64,000 nucleotides of DNA from Octopus sinensis (GCF_006345805.1 NC_043000.1:15624001-15688000); one strand, 5' to 3'. Positions 12,505 to 26,319 are shown, counted from the first letter of the stretch. Notes: generated by a model not told the origin, from the sequence alone. A program made the numbers and translations.

Positions 12505-12731
12505 GAAGGTGGCGAGCTGGCAGAAACGTTAGTATGCTGGGCGAAATGCTTAGCGGTATTTCGTCTGCCGTTACGTTCTGAGTTCAAATTCCACCGAGAT
12601 CGACTTTGCCTTTCATCCTTTCGGGGTCGATAAATTAAGTACCTGTTACGCACTGGAGTCGATGTAATCGACTTAATCCCTTTGTCCTTGTTTGTCCTCT
12701 CTGTTTAGCCCCTTGTGGGCAATAAAGAAAT
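12505..12731 (+). mobile_element. SINE family C
   Basis: Full head and body; TSD agaactacattgag. Confidence 0.85.
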
Positions 12732-13506
12732 AAGAACTACATTGAGGGTGATGGGTGGTTATGAATAAGGAAGTAATGAAGCTAACTTGTTCAGAAGAGC
12801 TGGGGCTCATGTTGTAATAGTGACAGAAGAGGCACAGAAAAGGAAGAATACATCTGTGAACTGTAGAGCATTGATGGGTAATTCATTACCAGTCTGTCAT
12901 AGGGCTTTTTTTTTTGTGGTGGTGCTGGTAGTGGTGGTGGTGGGAGCAACAGTTAATTTCTTCGATGTCTGTGTGCAGCCACAGTCCCAGCCCTTTTAGT
13001 AGTAATCCAATAACTATCTTATGTGGACCCTGTAGGGGGCAATGGCAATACCAAACTTGAAACTTAGTCTCATGCTATTAAGTAATTATAATAGCCTTTC
13101 AGCTCTACATTAGCAACATCGAACTATTTTGTAAGAGTAAACTTTCCACTCTAATACTACTACTTTTATACTGTTTACGAGATAACAGGCTCCTACCAAA
13201 CTACTGAAATCCTTGTTTTGGAACGGAGGTCTGATAAGCTTGCATCTTTTAATGCATTCACTCACACTCTTTTATCAGCTCTATATCACTATCATTTTCA
13301 TATTTTTATCAATAACACTTCAAAAAAACATTACATCTCTCAAATTATTAGATCAAGGCATCACTGGCTGCATGTAACGAATTTCTCAGGAGACATTTTT
13401 TTTCTTTTTTTATTTGCTGCGTTCTATTTGCATCTCAGCTGTGAAGTTCTTTTTCTAAATTTCTCAATGAACTACTAACAAGTGTCAAATTGCAGAGGCA
13501 TTAGAA

Positions 13507-13737
13507 TCATCATCATCATCGTTTAACGTCCGTTCTCCGTGCTAGCATGGGTTGGACGGTTCGACCGGGGATCTGGGAAGCCAGAAGGCTGCACCAAGCT
13601 CCAGTCTTATCTGGCAATGTTTCTACAGCTGGATGCCCTTCCTAACGCCAACCACTCCGTGAGTGTAGTGGGTGCTTTTTACGTGCCACCTGCACAGGTG
13701 CCAGGCGAGGCTGGCAACGGCCACGGTCGGAATGGTG
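13507..13737 (-). mobile_element. Family A RTE 3' end
   Basis: (CAT)n plus the conserved end. Confidence 0.8.
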
Positions 13738-13876
13738 TGTTGACGGAAATGCTTTGTGACATTTTAGCTCCTTATATTCTGAATTCAGATCCTGCCAAAG
13801 TCAACTTTGGCCTTGATCCTTCAGGGGTTAATAAATAAAGTACAATCCAGGGCTTTTAACTGATGGAATTGTTAGA

Positions 13877-14109
13877 AAGGCGGTGAGCTGGCAAAAATGT
13901 TAGCACGCTGGGCGAAATGCTTAGCGGCATTTCGTCTGTGTTTACGTTCTGAGTTCAAATTCCGCCGAGGTCGACTTTGTCTTTCATCCTTTCGGAGTCG
14001 ATAAATTAAGTACCAGTTACACACTGGGGTCGATGTAATTGACTTAATCCGTTTGTCTGTCCTTGTTTGTCCCCTGTATGTTTAGCCCCTTGTGGGCAAT
14101 AAAGAAATA
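13877..14109 (+). mobile_element. SINE family C
   Basis: Full copy; TSD ggaattgttagaa. Confidence 0.85.
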
Positions 14110-14444
14110 AGGAATTGTTAGAATGTGAAATATGATTCATTACTGTATTTCTTCTGGTTCTTGCAATCAGAGTTCAAATCCCTCTTTGGCCTACTTGAAC
14201 TTATTCCATTATCTGCTTTAACACTACCACTTCACCCTTGAGTGCCTTTACTGCTTGATTTCACTCTGTTACAAGCATTCAGGCCAGATCTCCTGTTAGA
14301 GAGCGCTTTCTCTCTTCCTTCCACCAGTTTCAGAAGCTCTCAAAAGTATCAGGAACACTGCTCTTTCCCTGACAAAGCAATAGAAACAATATCAAAGTTT
14401 CCATAAAATAGAATTATGTGGTAGATGATATTGGCTAAACATTC

Positions 14445-14744
14445 AAGCGAGGTCATTGCCAGTGCCGCTGGACTGGCTCCTGTGCAGGTGGCACGTAAAA
14501 AACACCATTTTTGAGCGTGGCCGTTGCCAGTACCGCCAGACTGGCCCTTGTGCCGGTGGCACTTTAAAAGGACCCACTACACTCTCGGAGTGGTTGGCGT
14601 TAGGAAGGGCATCCAGCTGTAGAAACTCTGCCAGATCAGATTGGAGCCTGGCGCAGCCATCTGGTTCGCCAGACCTCAGTCAAATCATTCAACTCATGCT
14701 AGCATGGAAAGCGGATATTAAATGATGATGATGACGATGATGAT
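14445..14744 (+). mobile_element. Family A RTE 3' end
   Basis: Subrepeats, conserved end, (GAT)n tail. Confidence 0.8.
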
Positions 14745-15279
14745 TATAAACCTCAATATATTTAATCAATCAAAAAACCTAGAAAGATTGTTGGTATGCA
14801 GAAAGAGATCAATGTCCTTCCTCCATCCTTCCTGATTCTCGAGCAGCCTCATGTTTTCCATTGTCTTCACCCCAGAGAAAAATCAAGGGAAGATGTAATC
14901 ATTTTTTGTCTTAGGTCCCAACCAATCATGTATGGTATTCAAATTTTGGTGCCTCATTTATTTCAATTTCTATTTCATATAACCTATCAGCATCTATATC
15001 CACTCCAGGTATCATTATTGGTTTTTGTGTTAATACTTTTGAACTTCCCAATATCTAACTTATATAGCAACATTCTCACTATATTCTGATAAATCATAAA
15101 TACTTCAGGGTATTTTAAATGTAGCTTTTTTTTTATAGAGCTAGTATGATTAAAAGAGGACAAACAAATTATAATGTCTAATTTAGGGATGAAATAACTA
15201 GCTTTCTCTATTGTAATCAGCTGTTGTTGGCTACTGATAGGTATCTGGTTCAAGTTCAAACAGTTGGTTGTCTTAAATA

Positions 15280-15555
15280 TCATCATCGTCGTTTAATGTC
15301 TGTTTTCTATGCTAGCATGGGTTGGACAATTCGACCGGGGTCTGGGAAGCCAGGAGGCTGCACCAGGCTCCAGTCTGATCTGGCAGTGTTTCTACAGCTG
15401 GATGCCCTTCCTAACGCCAACCACTCCGTGAGTGTAGTGGGTGCTTTTTACATGCCACCGGCACAGGTGCCAGGGGAGGCTGGCAACAGCCACGATCGGT
15501 TGGTGCTTTTTACGTGCCACCGGTACGGAAGCCAGTCAAGGCAGCGCTGGCATCA
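15280..15555 (-). mobile_element. Family A RTE 3' end
   Basis: Reverse orientation of the conserved end. Confidence 0.8.
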
Positions 15556-16336
15556 TTGATTATAATGTGTAATATCACTTACATTGAAATCGTGGTAGTT
15601 GTTCATAACTTATGTTGATAACATTCTAATTGATTTACATTATCACAGACCACAATTAATGTACCTGCTATTATGGTTATCCCCAGTCTATGTTAAACTT
15701 GATTAAATATACTGTGCATAGAGGTGGGACGGTCAAGTGGATGAAGTATTATTATAAATCATGTGTTCAAATACACTTTATTTTGTTTCTAGGCGGTGCA
15801 CTATTCTACGTACTTACAGTTCACCTAGACATTGCAAGCCATAGATACAAAGTGTTCTGTAAATTAGCTGTCCAGTTTACCTGTGGCAGCATGGCTGAGA
15901 GGCTTGCTTCCCAAACCATGTTGTCTCAGTTTCAGTCCCACTGCACAGCATCCTGGGCAAATGTCTTCTACTATAGCTTTGTGAGTGGCTTTGACAGACA
16001 GAAACTGAAAGAAGCCCATTGTGTATGTATGTGTGTATACATACATACATACATACATATATGCATGTTTGTGTATTTGTGTATGCCTTGTCTAGCCATC
16101 ACATAGTGGTTGTAAACTGGTATCGTCATCATCATCATTATCATAAAGTGGAATTTTTGATTCCAATATTCCAGGAAAAACATGTCTAGCTAAGGAGAAA
16201 TGTTACCTTGCTTGGAAACAGGTGAGGGTTAACAACAGGAAGGGCATCCTGCTGTAGAAAATCTACCTCAAAAAATTCCATCTAACCCATGGGAGCATGG
16301 AAAAGTGAACGTTAAATGACAGTGATAATGATGGTA

Positions 16337-16553
16337 TGAGTGGATGCTGAAAAGTTCTTGGCTTTGGGTATAAGAAAATACAAAAGGATCAATTAATTAT
16401 GATTTTATTCAATATATCCCCCTCTCAGATTCACACACTTATTGCAGTGGTCCTTCAGTTTTTCTAAGCCCTGTAAAAGAACTCAGATGGTTTGGCCTCC
16501 AACCAGGCCTTTCGTGATAATCTTAAAGCCAGAAACTTTAGCACCCTTTCATG
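16337..16553. mobile_element. mariner-type MITE
   Basis: TA-flanked imperfect TIRs ..gctgaaaagttcttggcttt / aaagccagaaactttagcacc..; a second copy lies at ~54060-54272. Confidence 0.7.
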
Positions 16554-16905
16554 TATATATTTAGCAGCCTTTCAGTCTAGCAAAAATTATTTTTATTATT
16601 ATTATTATTATTATTAGCAACAAATTTATAGAATTAGTACACCAGCAGATAAAATACCTGTGGAATTCTACTGCCTTTTCATGTTCTGAATTCAAATCCC
16701 AATGGAGTTAACCATACCTTTCATGCTTTCAAAATCAATAAAATTAAGTGCCATTGAAGAGCTGTGATCAGTTAAATTGATCACACACCACCCCTTGAAA
16801 TTTATGGGTTTGTGCTGCTATTTGAAATTATTATTTTTTATTTTGTTAATCTTGTTTTCATTGTGTTCTTTTTACTGCATAACCGTCTAGTTTTGTCTGT
16901 CTCAG

Positions 16906-16984
16906 GTACATGCAGTGTATTGTTTTGTATCCATATTTTTCTCTCGACTCACAAGTACTCGATGTAATGCGTGTGCAGTGCCAG
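16906..16984 (+). CDS. Candidate internal coding exon (YMQCIVLYPYFSLDSQVLDVMRVQCQ), gene unknown
   Basis: Acceptor ttttgtctgtctcag|, donor CAG|GTAATA, 79 nt, open frame, unique sequence. No homology recognised. Confidence 0.3.
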
Positions 16985-17374
16985 GTAATACTATGTTGTG
17001 TATGTGTGTAAGACCTGGGATTATGATTACGTATTATTGGTCTTTATCATTTTGTTTGTTTCTCTTTTTTTTTATCAGAGTATTGTTATTGTTGGAGCTT
17101 TAGACACAGTGCTTTGCAATATTTATACTACTACTATAAGGCAGCAAGCTGGCAGAATCGTTACTGTGCTGGGCAAAATGCTTAGTGGCATTTTCTCTGT
17201 CTTTATGTCCTGAGTTCAAATTCTGCCATGTCAGCTTTGCCTTTCATCCTTTCAGGGTTGATAAAATAAGTACCATTTGAGCTCTGGGGTTGATGTAATT
17301 GACTTAATCGCACCCCCCATCAAAAAAATGCTAACCTTGTTTCAGAATCTGAAACAAATGTTTATGCTATTACT

Positions 17375-17505
17375 ATTGGGTTGTCCGGAAAGTTTGTGCC
17401 GATTTATAGTAGCTTACCTTTTGACTTATTTTAGAACATGGTTGAGTCTATAAAATAGGATTTGACTACACCCCCATTTAGAGCACAGTTTAAGCTATCT
17501 TTTTG
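17375..17505. mobile_element. Truncated mariner-type MITE end
   Basis: TA + ttgggttgtccggaaagt terminus; the partner end is not seen. Confidence 0.4.
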
Positions 17506-17726
17506 TGGGACCAGGCTCCCATGGCTTTTATGGGTTTTTCCACGAGTAACCTTTCGAAGCGCCTCCCCCTATTGGGAGTTTTAATTGTTACTTACATTTC
17601 GTTGGTATCCTGCTTTTGTACACGGACCTTTTTCAAATGGAGAAAACCCTTTGTAACTTTCGTCCTGTGTTTTGTCCTTTTATGTTTTAATTGATTTTTG
17701 TTAGCCCTTGTGGCCAATGAACGAAC

Positions 17727-17763
<37 letters not shown>

Positions 17764-17980
17764 CCTTTCTACTATAGGCACAAGGCCTGAAATTTGTGGA
17801 GAAGAGGATGGTCGATTACATCGATCCCAGTACTCAACTGGCATAGATTTTATCAACCCTGAAAGGGTGAAAGACAAAGCTGACCTTGGCAGAATTTGAA
17901 ATCAGAACGTGCAGACAGACAAAATGTCATTAAGCATTTATCCCAGCATGCTAACGATTCTGCCAGCTCACCGCCGCCTT

Positions 17981-17992
17981 AATAATAATAAC

Positions 17993-18066
<74 letters not shown>

Positions 18067-18080
18067 CAACAACAACAACA
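17981..18080. repeat. (AAT)n microsatellite following a minus-strand SINE C (17765-17975)
   Basis: Read directly. Confidence 0.95.
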
Positions 18081-18669
18081 ACACAAAAACTAGTTCAGTT
18101 TCACACCTGTTCAAATCGGGGTGATTTCAATATTTATATATAACGTGTATGATTTCTTCCACAAAAAGTTTATACTGAATGAAACTGTGTTAATGACAAA
18201 AGTCACATTTGCTAAGATGTTGGACCTAATTTTGAACAATGTTATTGTGTCTAGAGATTTCTGGACACACTTAACATTACATTGGTAATATAAATATCAT
18301 TGCAGTACTTACTGCTGGCCTCTTGTGCACTGTGACGTCTGTTTACACTAACGGTTGCAATAGACAGCTGAAGTTTCCTTACTAAATGACATTGCTGTCA
18401 GGTACAGACGGTTTATTTTAGGCGTTTGTTCTATTATTACACACTTTGACTTTGCTGGAATTAAACTAGAAATGTTCTTTAAAAAAAAAAAAGAATTCAG
18501 GTTAAGTAGGTGTTTTGGCTTTGGGATTTATAATAGATTTATGTATTTATAATGTCCATATTTTTTCTTCTTTTGTTGGTTGCTATCTTCAAGAACAAGT
18601 TAATGTCAAACATGAAATTATCTACATGTATACATGATGAGGCTTGCATATCCTTGCAGCAAGAAATTT

Positions 18670-19072
18670 TTACTCTTTTACTTGTTTCAGTCATTTGTCT
18701 GTGGCCATGCTGGAGCACCGCCTTTAGTCAAGCAAATCGACCCCAGCACTTATTCTTTGTAAGCCTAGTACTTATTCTATTGGTCTTTTTTGCCGAACCA
18801 CTAAGTTACAGGGACATAAACACACCAGCATCGGTTGTAAAGCAATGTTGGGGGGACAAACACAGACACACAAACACACACACATATATAAATATACATA
18901 TACATATATACGACGGACGTCTTTCAGTTTCCATCTACCAAATCCACTCACAAGGCTTTGGTCAGCCCGAGGCTTTAGTAGAAGACACTTGCCCAAATTG
19001 CCACACTGTGGGACTGAACCCGGAACCATGTGGTTGGTAAGCAAGCTACTTACCACACAGCCACTCCTGCAC
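18670..19072 (-). mobile_element. SINE family B
   Basis: Full-length match to the other family B copies. Confidence 0.85.
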
Positions 19073-19341
19073 CTAAATTTTGAATAATTTGATGTAGTAA
19101 CTTTCAATTCTGAATTCAAATCCTATTTTGATCACCTTCACCTTTTTATCTTTTATGAGTTAACCCTTTTCTTGTCCAAAGCATTTTCATAAGCTCCAGA
19201 CTTTCAGTTAGCTCTTGTTTTAGACATTCTGAATAATATAAAACTTTCCTTTCATAAGTACTAAGTTACTCCGTGGTTGAAAAAAACATTGGGAATTTGT
19301 ATAATATATGATGCATGGATGACAGGAAATGTATCATGTGT

Positions 19342-19730
19342 TGGAAGCACTCCGTTGGTTACGACGACGAGGGTTCCGGTTGATCCGAATCAACGGAACA
19401 GCCTGCTCGTGAAATTAACGTGTAAGTGGCTGAGCACTCCACAGACATGTGTACCCTTAACGTAGATCTCGGGGATATTCAGCGTGACACAGAGAGTGAC
19501 AAGGCCGGCCCTTTGAAATACAGGTACAACAGAAACAGGAAGTAAGAGTGAGAGAAAGTTGTGGTGAAAGAGTACAGCAGGGATCACCATCATCCCCTGC
19601 CGGAGCCTCATGGAGCTTTTAGGTGTTTTTGCTCAATAAACACTCCCAACGCCCGGTCTGGGAATCGAAACCGCGATCCTATGACCGCGAGTCTGCTGCC
19701 CTAACCACTGGGCCATTGCGCCTCCACACA
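19342..19730 (-). mobile_element. tRNA-headed SINE family D
   Basis: Head tggaggcgcaatggcccagtggttaggg..ggtttcgattccc on - strand. 10-bp TSD tatcatgtgt (19332-19341, 19731-19740). Confidence 0.8.
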
Positions 19731-20344
19731 TATCATGTGTATCATGTGATGCACGGGACAGGCTCAGCATTAATATAAAAACTACCTCAAATTCCACCAA
19801 GGTCGACTTTACCTTTCATCCTTTTGGGGTCAGTCGATAAATTAAGTACCAGTTGCGTACTAGGGTTAATCTAATCAACTGGCCCCTTGCACCTAGAGTA
19901 GAAAAAAAATACTACCTGAAGAGAAACAAATATGGGAATCAATTTAAATGAACTTCTCTTGAGATTATTGATGGCTGCCTTATTTTATTTCCAGTAGAAA
20001 AAACAAATCTCTAGTTTTAATCATACAAAGTCTACTTACAGTTAACGGAAGGCTTAGAGTAAGAGGTATTAAATGATGGTTAATACTAGTAATTAGTATA
20101 AATAAATTCAAAGATCCAATCTCTATTGATGTGACAGTGCTGCTGCTGATGATGATAATTATAATAATTATGGCTTCAAATTTTGGCACAAGGCCTACAA
20201 GATTTAGAGGAGGGGGTAAATTGATTACAATGACCCCCAGTACTTGAGTGGTACTTTTATTTTATTGATTCCCATAATGATGAATGGCAGTATCCATCTT
20301 GGTAGAATTTGAACTCAGAATATAAATAACAACAATAACAACAA

Positions 20345-20745
20345 CAACAATAATAATCCTTTCCACTATAGGCGCAAGGCCTGAAATTTTTTTGGGGGGG
20401 TGCAGTCGATTACATCGACCCCCAGTACGCAACTGATACTCAATTTATCAACCCCCAAAAGGATGAAAAGCAAAATCAATCTTGGCAGAATTTGAACTCA
20501 GAACATAGTGGCAGATGTAATAACTATTTCTTTACTACTCTCAAGGGGCTAAACACAGAGAGGACAAACAAGGACAGACAAACGGATTAAGTCGATTTTA
20601 TCGACCCCAGTGTGTAACTGGTACTTATTTTATCGGCCCCGAAAGGATGAAAGGCAAAGTTGACTTCGGCGGAATTTGAACTCGGAACATAGCGGCGGAC
20701 GAAATACCGCTAAGCATTTCACCCGGCTGCCATCTTGCCACCTTA
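20345..20745 (-). mobile_element. SINE family C, tandem bodies
   Basis: Two body units and a head on the - strand. Confidence 0.75.
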
Positions 20746-21324
20746 ACAACAACAACAGCAACAACAATATAATAATATACCTCTGCTACAAAAGATTTAT
20801 TCTTGTGCCTTGTCAAATCAAACTGATAATAGGTGAGAGTTCAAGTGCTTACCTGTACTACCCCCCACCCCGATTTCTTGTATTTATAAATTCTTACCAT
20901 TTTTTATGTCTTATCAGCTTCTAAGTGATCCAAGCTAATGTTTTCCAATTATATCAGAACAGTAGTTTTTATGCTACTTAACAAAGAATATCATAAAACA
21001 CACCAAATCTGTTTTGTTTTTTTATTTTAATTTTTTGTCTACAATTTAGCTGTATAGTTTCCTCAAACTGCAACATATAATAGTTGAACGTTAATAGTGT
21101 TCCAGTTTTAGAGAAGTTCTCTGTAAGAGTTTTTTTTTTTTTCCAATGACTTGTTTTTTCTTTGTGATTTCATTTATGTGTTGTTATTTCATTTTAAAGA
21201 ATATTAGCTTGGCATTTATTTACTTTGTATTGAAAAAGAAAGTTGTACATCAAGTTTCATATACTCACCACCGAGATGCTCCTTGTGAAGACTCTTACTC
21301 TCTGAGGTTACTCTCTTTTACTCT

Positions 21325-21543
21325 TCCTACTCTTTTATTTGTTTCAGTCATGTGACTGTGGCCATGCTGGAGCACCGCCTTTAGCCGAAAAAATTGACCC
21401 CAGGACTTATTCTTTGTAAGCTTTGTACTTATTCTATCGGGCTCTTTTGCCAAACCGCTAAGTTACGGGGATGTAAACACACCAGCATTGGTTGTCAAGC
21501 GATGTTGGTGGGGACAAACACAGACACAAACATATACACATAC

Positions 21544-21588
<45 letters not shown>

Positions 21589-21741
21589 GCTTCTTTCAGT
21601 TTCTATCTACCAAATCCACTCACAAGGTTTTGGTCAGCCCGAGGCTATAGTAGAAGACACTCGCCCAAGGTGCCACGCAGTGGGACTGAACCCAGAACCA
21701 TGTGGTTCGTAAGCAAGCTACTTACCACACAGCCACTCCTA
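21325..21741 (-). mobile_element. SINE family B
   Basis: Full-length copy. Confidence 0.85.
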
Positions 21742-22043
21742 CAATAGTGCAGTGGACAGCAAAATCGGTAGAGCATTAGACAAAATGTCTTATGATATTT
21801 ATATTCCTTTATGTTCTGAGTTCAAATTGACAGAGTTCAATTTTGTCTTTCATCCTTCTGGAGCTTTATAAAATTACTACCAGTTGAATATTATTGCTGA
21901 TTTAATCAACTCTATCCTTCCCCTTCTCAAGCTTTAGTCTTGTAACTGTGTTACAAATCAAATTATCGTTGCTATCTTTGGAAATAGTGGAGTATTAGAA
22001 TCTGTACTGAATGAAATATCTGTGTTTAGTTTTGTTCTTTTAC

Positions 22044-22410
22044 ATCATCATCATCATCATCGTTTAACGTCCACTTTCCATGCTAGCATGGGTTGGATGG
22101 TTCAACTGGGGTCTGGGGAGCCCGAAGGCTGCACCAGGCCAGTCAGATCTGGCAGTGTTTCTACAGCTGGATGCCCTTCCTAACGCCAACCACTCCGAGA
22201 GTGTAGTGGGTGATTTTATGTGCCACCGACACAGGTGCCAGACGAGGCTGGCGAACGGCCACGATTGGATGGTGTTTGTTACGTGCCCACAGCACGGAGG
22301 CCAGTCGATCCGGTACTGGCTACGGCCACGTTCGGATGGTTTTCTTATGTGCCACCGGCACTGGTACCACAAAGATACAAATTCCATTGATGTTCATCTA
22401 TTTTGATTGT
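22044..22410 (-). mobile_element. Family A RTE 3' end
   Basis: (CAT)n, conserved end, subrepeats. Confidence 0.8.
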
Positions 22411-23409
22411 CATCTTTGTCTGTCGTCCATTTCAAGTTAATAAAATGCATGCCAGCCTTGTATCAAAGTCAATTCTATTGACCATTTTTACTCTGCAAAT
22501 TTCTGGCTTTTTGTTTATTTGAGAAATCGTTATATTGTTTTTAAAATCCTACGAAGATTGACTTGGTCTCTTATATTGCTAAGATCGACAAAATGCTAAT
22601 CTTTCAAATACTGGGTTTGATAAAATTCCTGGCCTTACACCTATGTCATCATTGTTATTATTATCATCAAAACTCATTATCATCAAAACACTTATTTTCT
22701 TCATAGAAAATCTGTTAGATTGATGAATAGAACATCCTCTCTTCCATGTGTCTTAATAGTCATTTAGTTCTTCAAACTACCTCTACTTAACACTATCTTA
22801 ATTAGAAATCTTGATTTAGAAAAAAAGAAATCAAATTGTGTAAGATGAATCTAGACTCACACATCACTTGTTTATTCAAGTTAAGTGTCAAAAACCTGAT
22901 ATAAGTTAACTTTTCTTATCTTGATGATATTTGGAAAATCTCAGATTAGTGTATTAGCACTTTGATGTATTTGCTATCTCCTTATCTTCTTCCTACTAGT
23001 CAAAGACTTTTGACTGTTAGCACTTCTTTGCAAATAGAATTTTCACTGCTTAATTCCCACAATGAACAGTTGTAGAAGTTATCAGTTATCTACTGCTCTA
23101 CTGTTCATTTTAATTAAATTAGTAACATGAATTTTTAGGTGGAAAAGAGAGAAAAAGAAATTGAGAAACTTCCAAGAAATTAATTTCTTTTAATAGGGAA
23201 TACAGCATGTATGTTCTCACTCTACTGGTGATTATTTTTGACTAGAGTCAATAAAATCTCGAGTCCTTGAAGTTAAAGTCTAGATACTGTAAACAGCTAG
23301 GTATTATTGATACAATAAGTTGCTTGTTTGTGTATGTATGTGTATTGATAGATATAGATATATATTGATGCTGCTTGCTTATATATTATCAACATTGCTT
23401 GTTTATATA

Positions 23410-23449
<40 letters not shown>

Positions 23450-23554
23450 CCTGCTCACTTAGCCAGCAGGGTGGCATCATTTGAAGACGAAAACAATGCG
23501 AAGCGCATTGTGACCAGCGATGTGTAGCAACATCTGATAATTTGGTTGGACACG

Positions 23555-23594
<40 letters not shown>

Positions 23595-23946
23595 TTGATG
23601 TAACATATTGATGTAATAATTGCATGTTTGTGTATGTATTCACACCTGTGCACAGATATGCATTATATTACATCAATGAGAGTTGGCTGTCAACAAGGTC
23701 TAGTCTTTTACTGCAAGGTGGAGTACTTAATAATAGGAAGAGCATCCAGCTGTGAAATTATATACCTCAGCAATATAAAATTAGGCAAACTTGCAAGAAT
23801 CATCCCATCCTACTTGCTATAAAAAATTGAAGTGAAACAGTCAAGTATATATATATATATATATATAGGATATATATAGAATTTTCCATGATGTTTCATA
23901 AGTGTAACATTACCCCTTTTGATGTTTGGGAATCTCTGATGTTTTT

Positions 23947-24031
23947 TCAGCTGATGAGTACGAGCCACCTATATTTACTGCAATTTTTGTAGCTTTATTA
24001 AAGATGTCCTCGTACGAAACAATTGTACCGA
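23947..24031 (+). ncRNA. Type I hammerhead ribozyme motif (Penelope/retrozyme-type)
   Basis: CTGATGA (23951-57); stem II GTACGAG/CTCGTAC (23958-64, 24009-15); GAAAC (24016-20); palindromic stem III ACAATTGT; GTA triplet (24025-27); short stem I tcag/ccga with one mismatch. Confidence 0.75.
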
Positions 24032-24599
24032 TATATTGATCCATTCTTGTTGCTTTTTTCCTATTTGTAATCACCCCACTTGTCGTATGGTTAACACCAT
24101 ATAGATTTCCGGTGCATCCTAGTTAAGGACCATATTCATGTGAAGTCATTAGAACTCACTTGAATCTCAATTACTTAAACCGTATATATATATATATTTT
24201 TTATTTATCTTAAAGAGAAGAACAAAAATCATAGGAAAATATATCAGAATACAAAATGGAAAAACATGATAGACAGTTAGTGATATTATTTTAACCATAT
24301 TTCATGCTGGCTTCATCATCATCCTTTAACATTCACTTTTTCATGCTTGCACGTGTCAGATGAAATTTGTTGAGACAGGTTTTCTATGGCTTGATGCTCT
24401 TCCTGTTGCCAACATTTGTCTGTTTCTAAGCTTAGTAGTACTTCCCCCATGTCTAGACATGTTTTTCAGAGAAGACTAGAAATGAACAACCTTGCTTGAA
24501 TGAAGGTCGTTTTCATTTACAACCATCACATGGTGTCTAGAAAAGGGTACACACAAACAAACACAAATACATACATACCCACCTACACATACATACATT

Positions 24600-25795
24600 C
24601 ACATATATCGCAGGTTTCTTTCAGTTTCCATCTACCAAATCCACTCACAAGGCTTTGGTTGGCCTGAGGTTATAGTAGAAGGCACTTGCCCAAGGTACCA
24701 CACAATGAGACTGAATCTGGAACCATGTGGTTGGTAAGCAAGCTACTTACCACACAGCCACTCCTGCGCCTGGGGCTAAAGTAGAAGACACTTGCCCAAA
24801 GTGTCATGCAGTGAGACTGAAATCAAGATCACAAGATTGGGAAGCATTCTTCTGAACCACACAGCCATGCCTATGCTTGGCATACTCTTTTACTCTTTTA
24901 CTTGTTTCAGTCATTTGACTGCAGCCATGCTGGAGCACCGCCTTTAATCGAGCAACTCGACCCTGGGACTTATTCTTTTGTAAGCCCAGTATTTATTCTA
25001 TCGGTCTCTTTTGCCGAACCGCTAAGTAACAGGGACATAAACACACCAGCATCGGTTGTCAAGCAATGCGAGGGGGACAAACACAAACACACAAACACCC
25101 ACATGCATAGATATATATATACATATATACGACGGGCTTCTTTTCAGTTTCCGTCTACCAAATCCACTCACAAGGCTTTGGTCGGCCCGAGGCTATAGTA
25201 GAAGACACTCGCCCAAGGTGCCATGCAGTGGGACTGAACCCAGACATATTTTTCTTGGGTGCTATTCAGTAATCTAATGTTTTAATCAAAATATGCTGTT
25301 CCAATTCTGTACACCTGTTAGAATGGTTGGTTTGGTACATTTGGTTTTTAAAAGGTATTATATTTACTCTCTTTTACTCTTTTACTTGTTTCAGTCATTT
25401 GACTGTGGTCATGCTGGAGTACTACTTTTAGTAAGCAAATCGACCCCAGGACTTATTCTTTGCAAGCCTAGTACTTATTCTATCAGTCTCTTTTGCCGAA
25501 CCGTTAAGTTACGGGGGACGTAAACACACCAGCATCAGTTATCAAGCGATGTTGAGGAGACAAACACAGACACACAAACATATACACACATACATCCATA
25601 CACACACATATATATATATATATATACATATATACGATGGGCTTCTCTCAGTTTCCGTCTACCAAATCCACTCACATGGCTTTGGTTGGCCCGAGGCAAA
25701 AGTAGAAGACACTTGCCCAAGGTGCCATGCAGTGGGACTGACCTCAGAACCACGTGATTCATAAGCAAGCTGCTTACCACAGACCCACTCCTACA
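24600..25795 (-). mobile_element. Cluster of three SINE B copies (24600-24775 partial, 24885-25243, 25367-25795)
   Basis: Repeated family B sequence. Confidence 0.8.
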
Positions 25796-26319
25796 CCCAT
25801 TAGAAACTTTTCACTTAACTATAAAATAGGGCTGATACTTTATTTTTCTACACTAATAAACTTAGCAGTACCAGTAACATTGGAGGGGATCAAGGCATTA
25901 GAGTAAACCTATTCATTACTTCTCAAAAATAAACCTTTTTAAAAAATGGATTTCTTTTGACTAGCTGTAAATGACGAATTTGTAGTTGGCATAATTAAAT
26001 CATTCCAATTTATTTATTATTTTTGTTAATAATGCCTTAGATTAAAACTGTGGATTCTTGTGCTATATTCTTGGCAACATCTGTTAATTCCCTTTCAAGG
26101 TCACTTTTCACTGTAGCTGTGCCATATAAGAGTAGAAATGGTTATTTCTCTCCGAAGAAGACACCGACAAGAGAGATACCAACCATTTCAATGTACCAAC
26201 TTTAGTATATAACTAGTATTCATTTATTCTATCAACCTTGGTGGTGGATAGAGATAAAATCAATTTAGATTCTATTTATCTATTTATGTATTTATTTATG
26301 CATTTATTTATTTATTTAT

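Noticed and set aside
18552-19119. Recurrent ORFs such as FTLLLVSVI.., DGLLSVSVYQIHSQG.., FLQLDALPNANHS..
   Set aside because: These recur because they are translations of SINE B and family A repeats, not a gene family.
19640-19727. tRNA genes at SINE heads (also 47385-47472, 58073-58145 and others)
   Set aside because: A/B-box-like motifs only, no full cloverleaf evident; each continues into a SINE body, often with a TSD.
19916-19930. ctgaagagaaac and other CTGA.GA hits as hammerheads
   Set aside because: No stem II between the two core halves.
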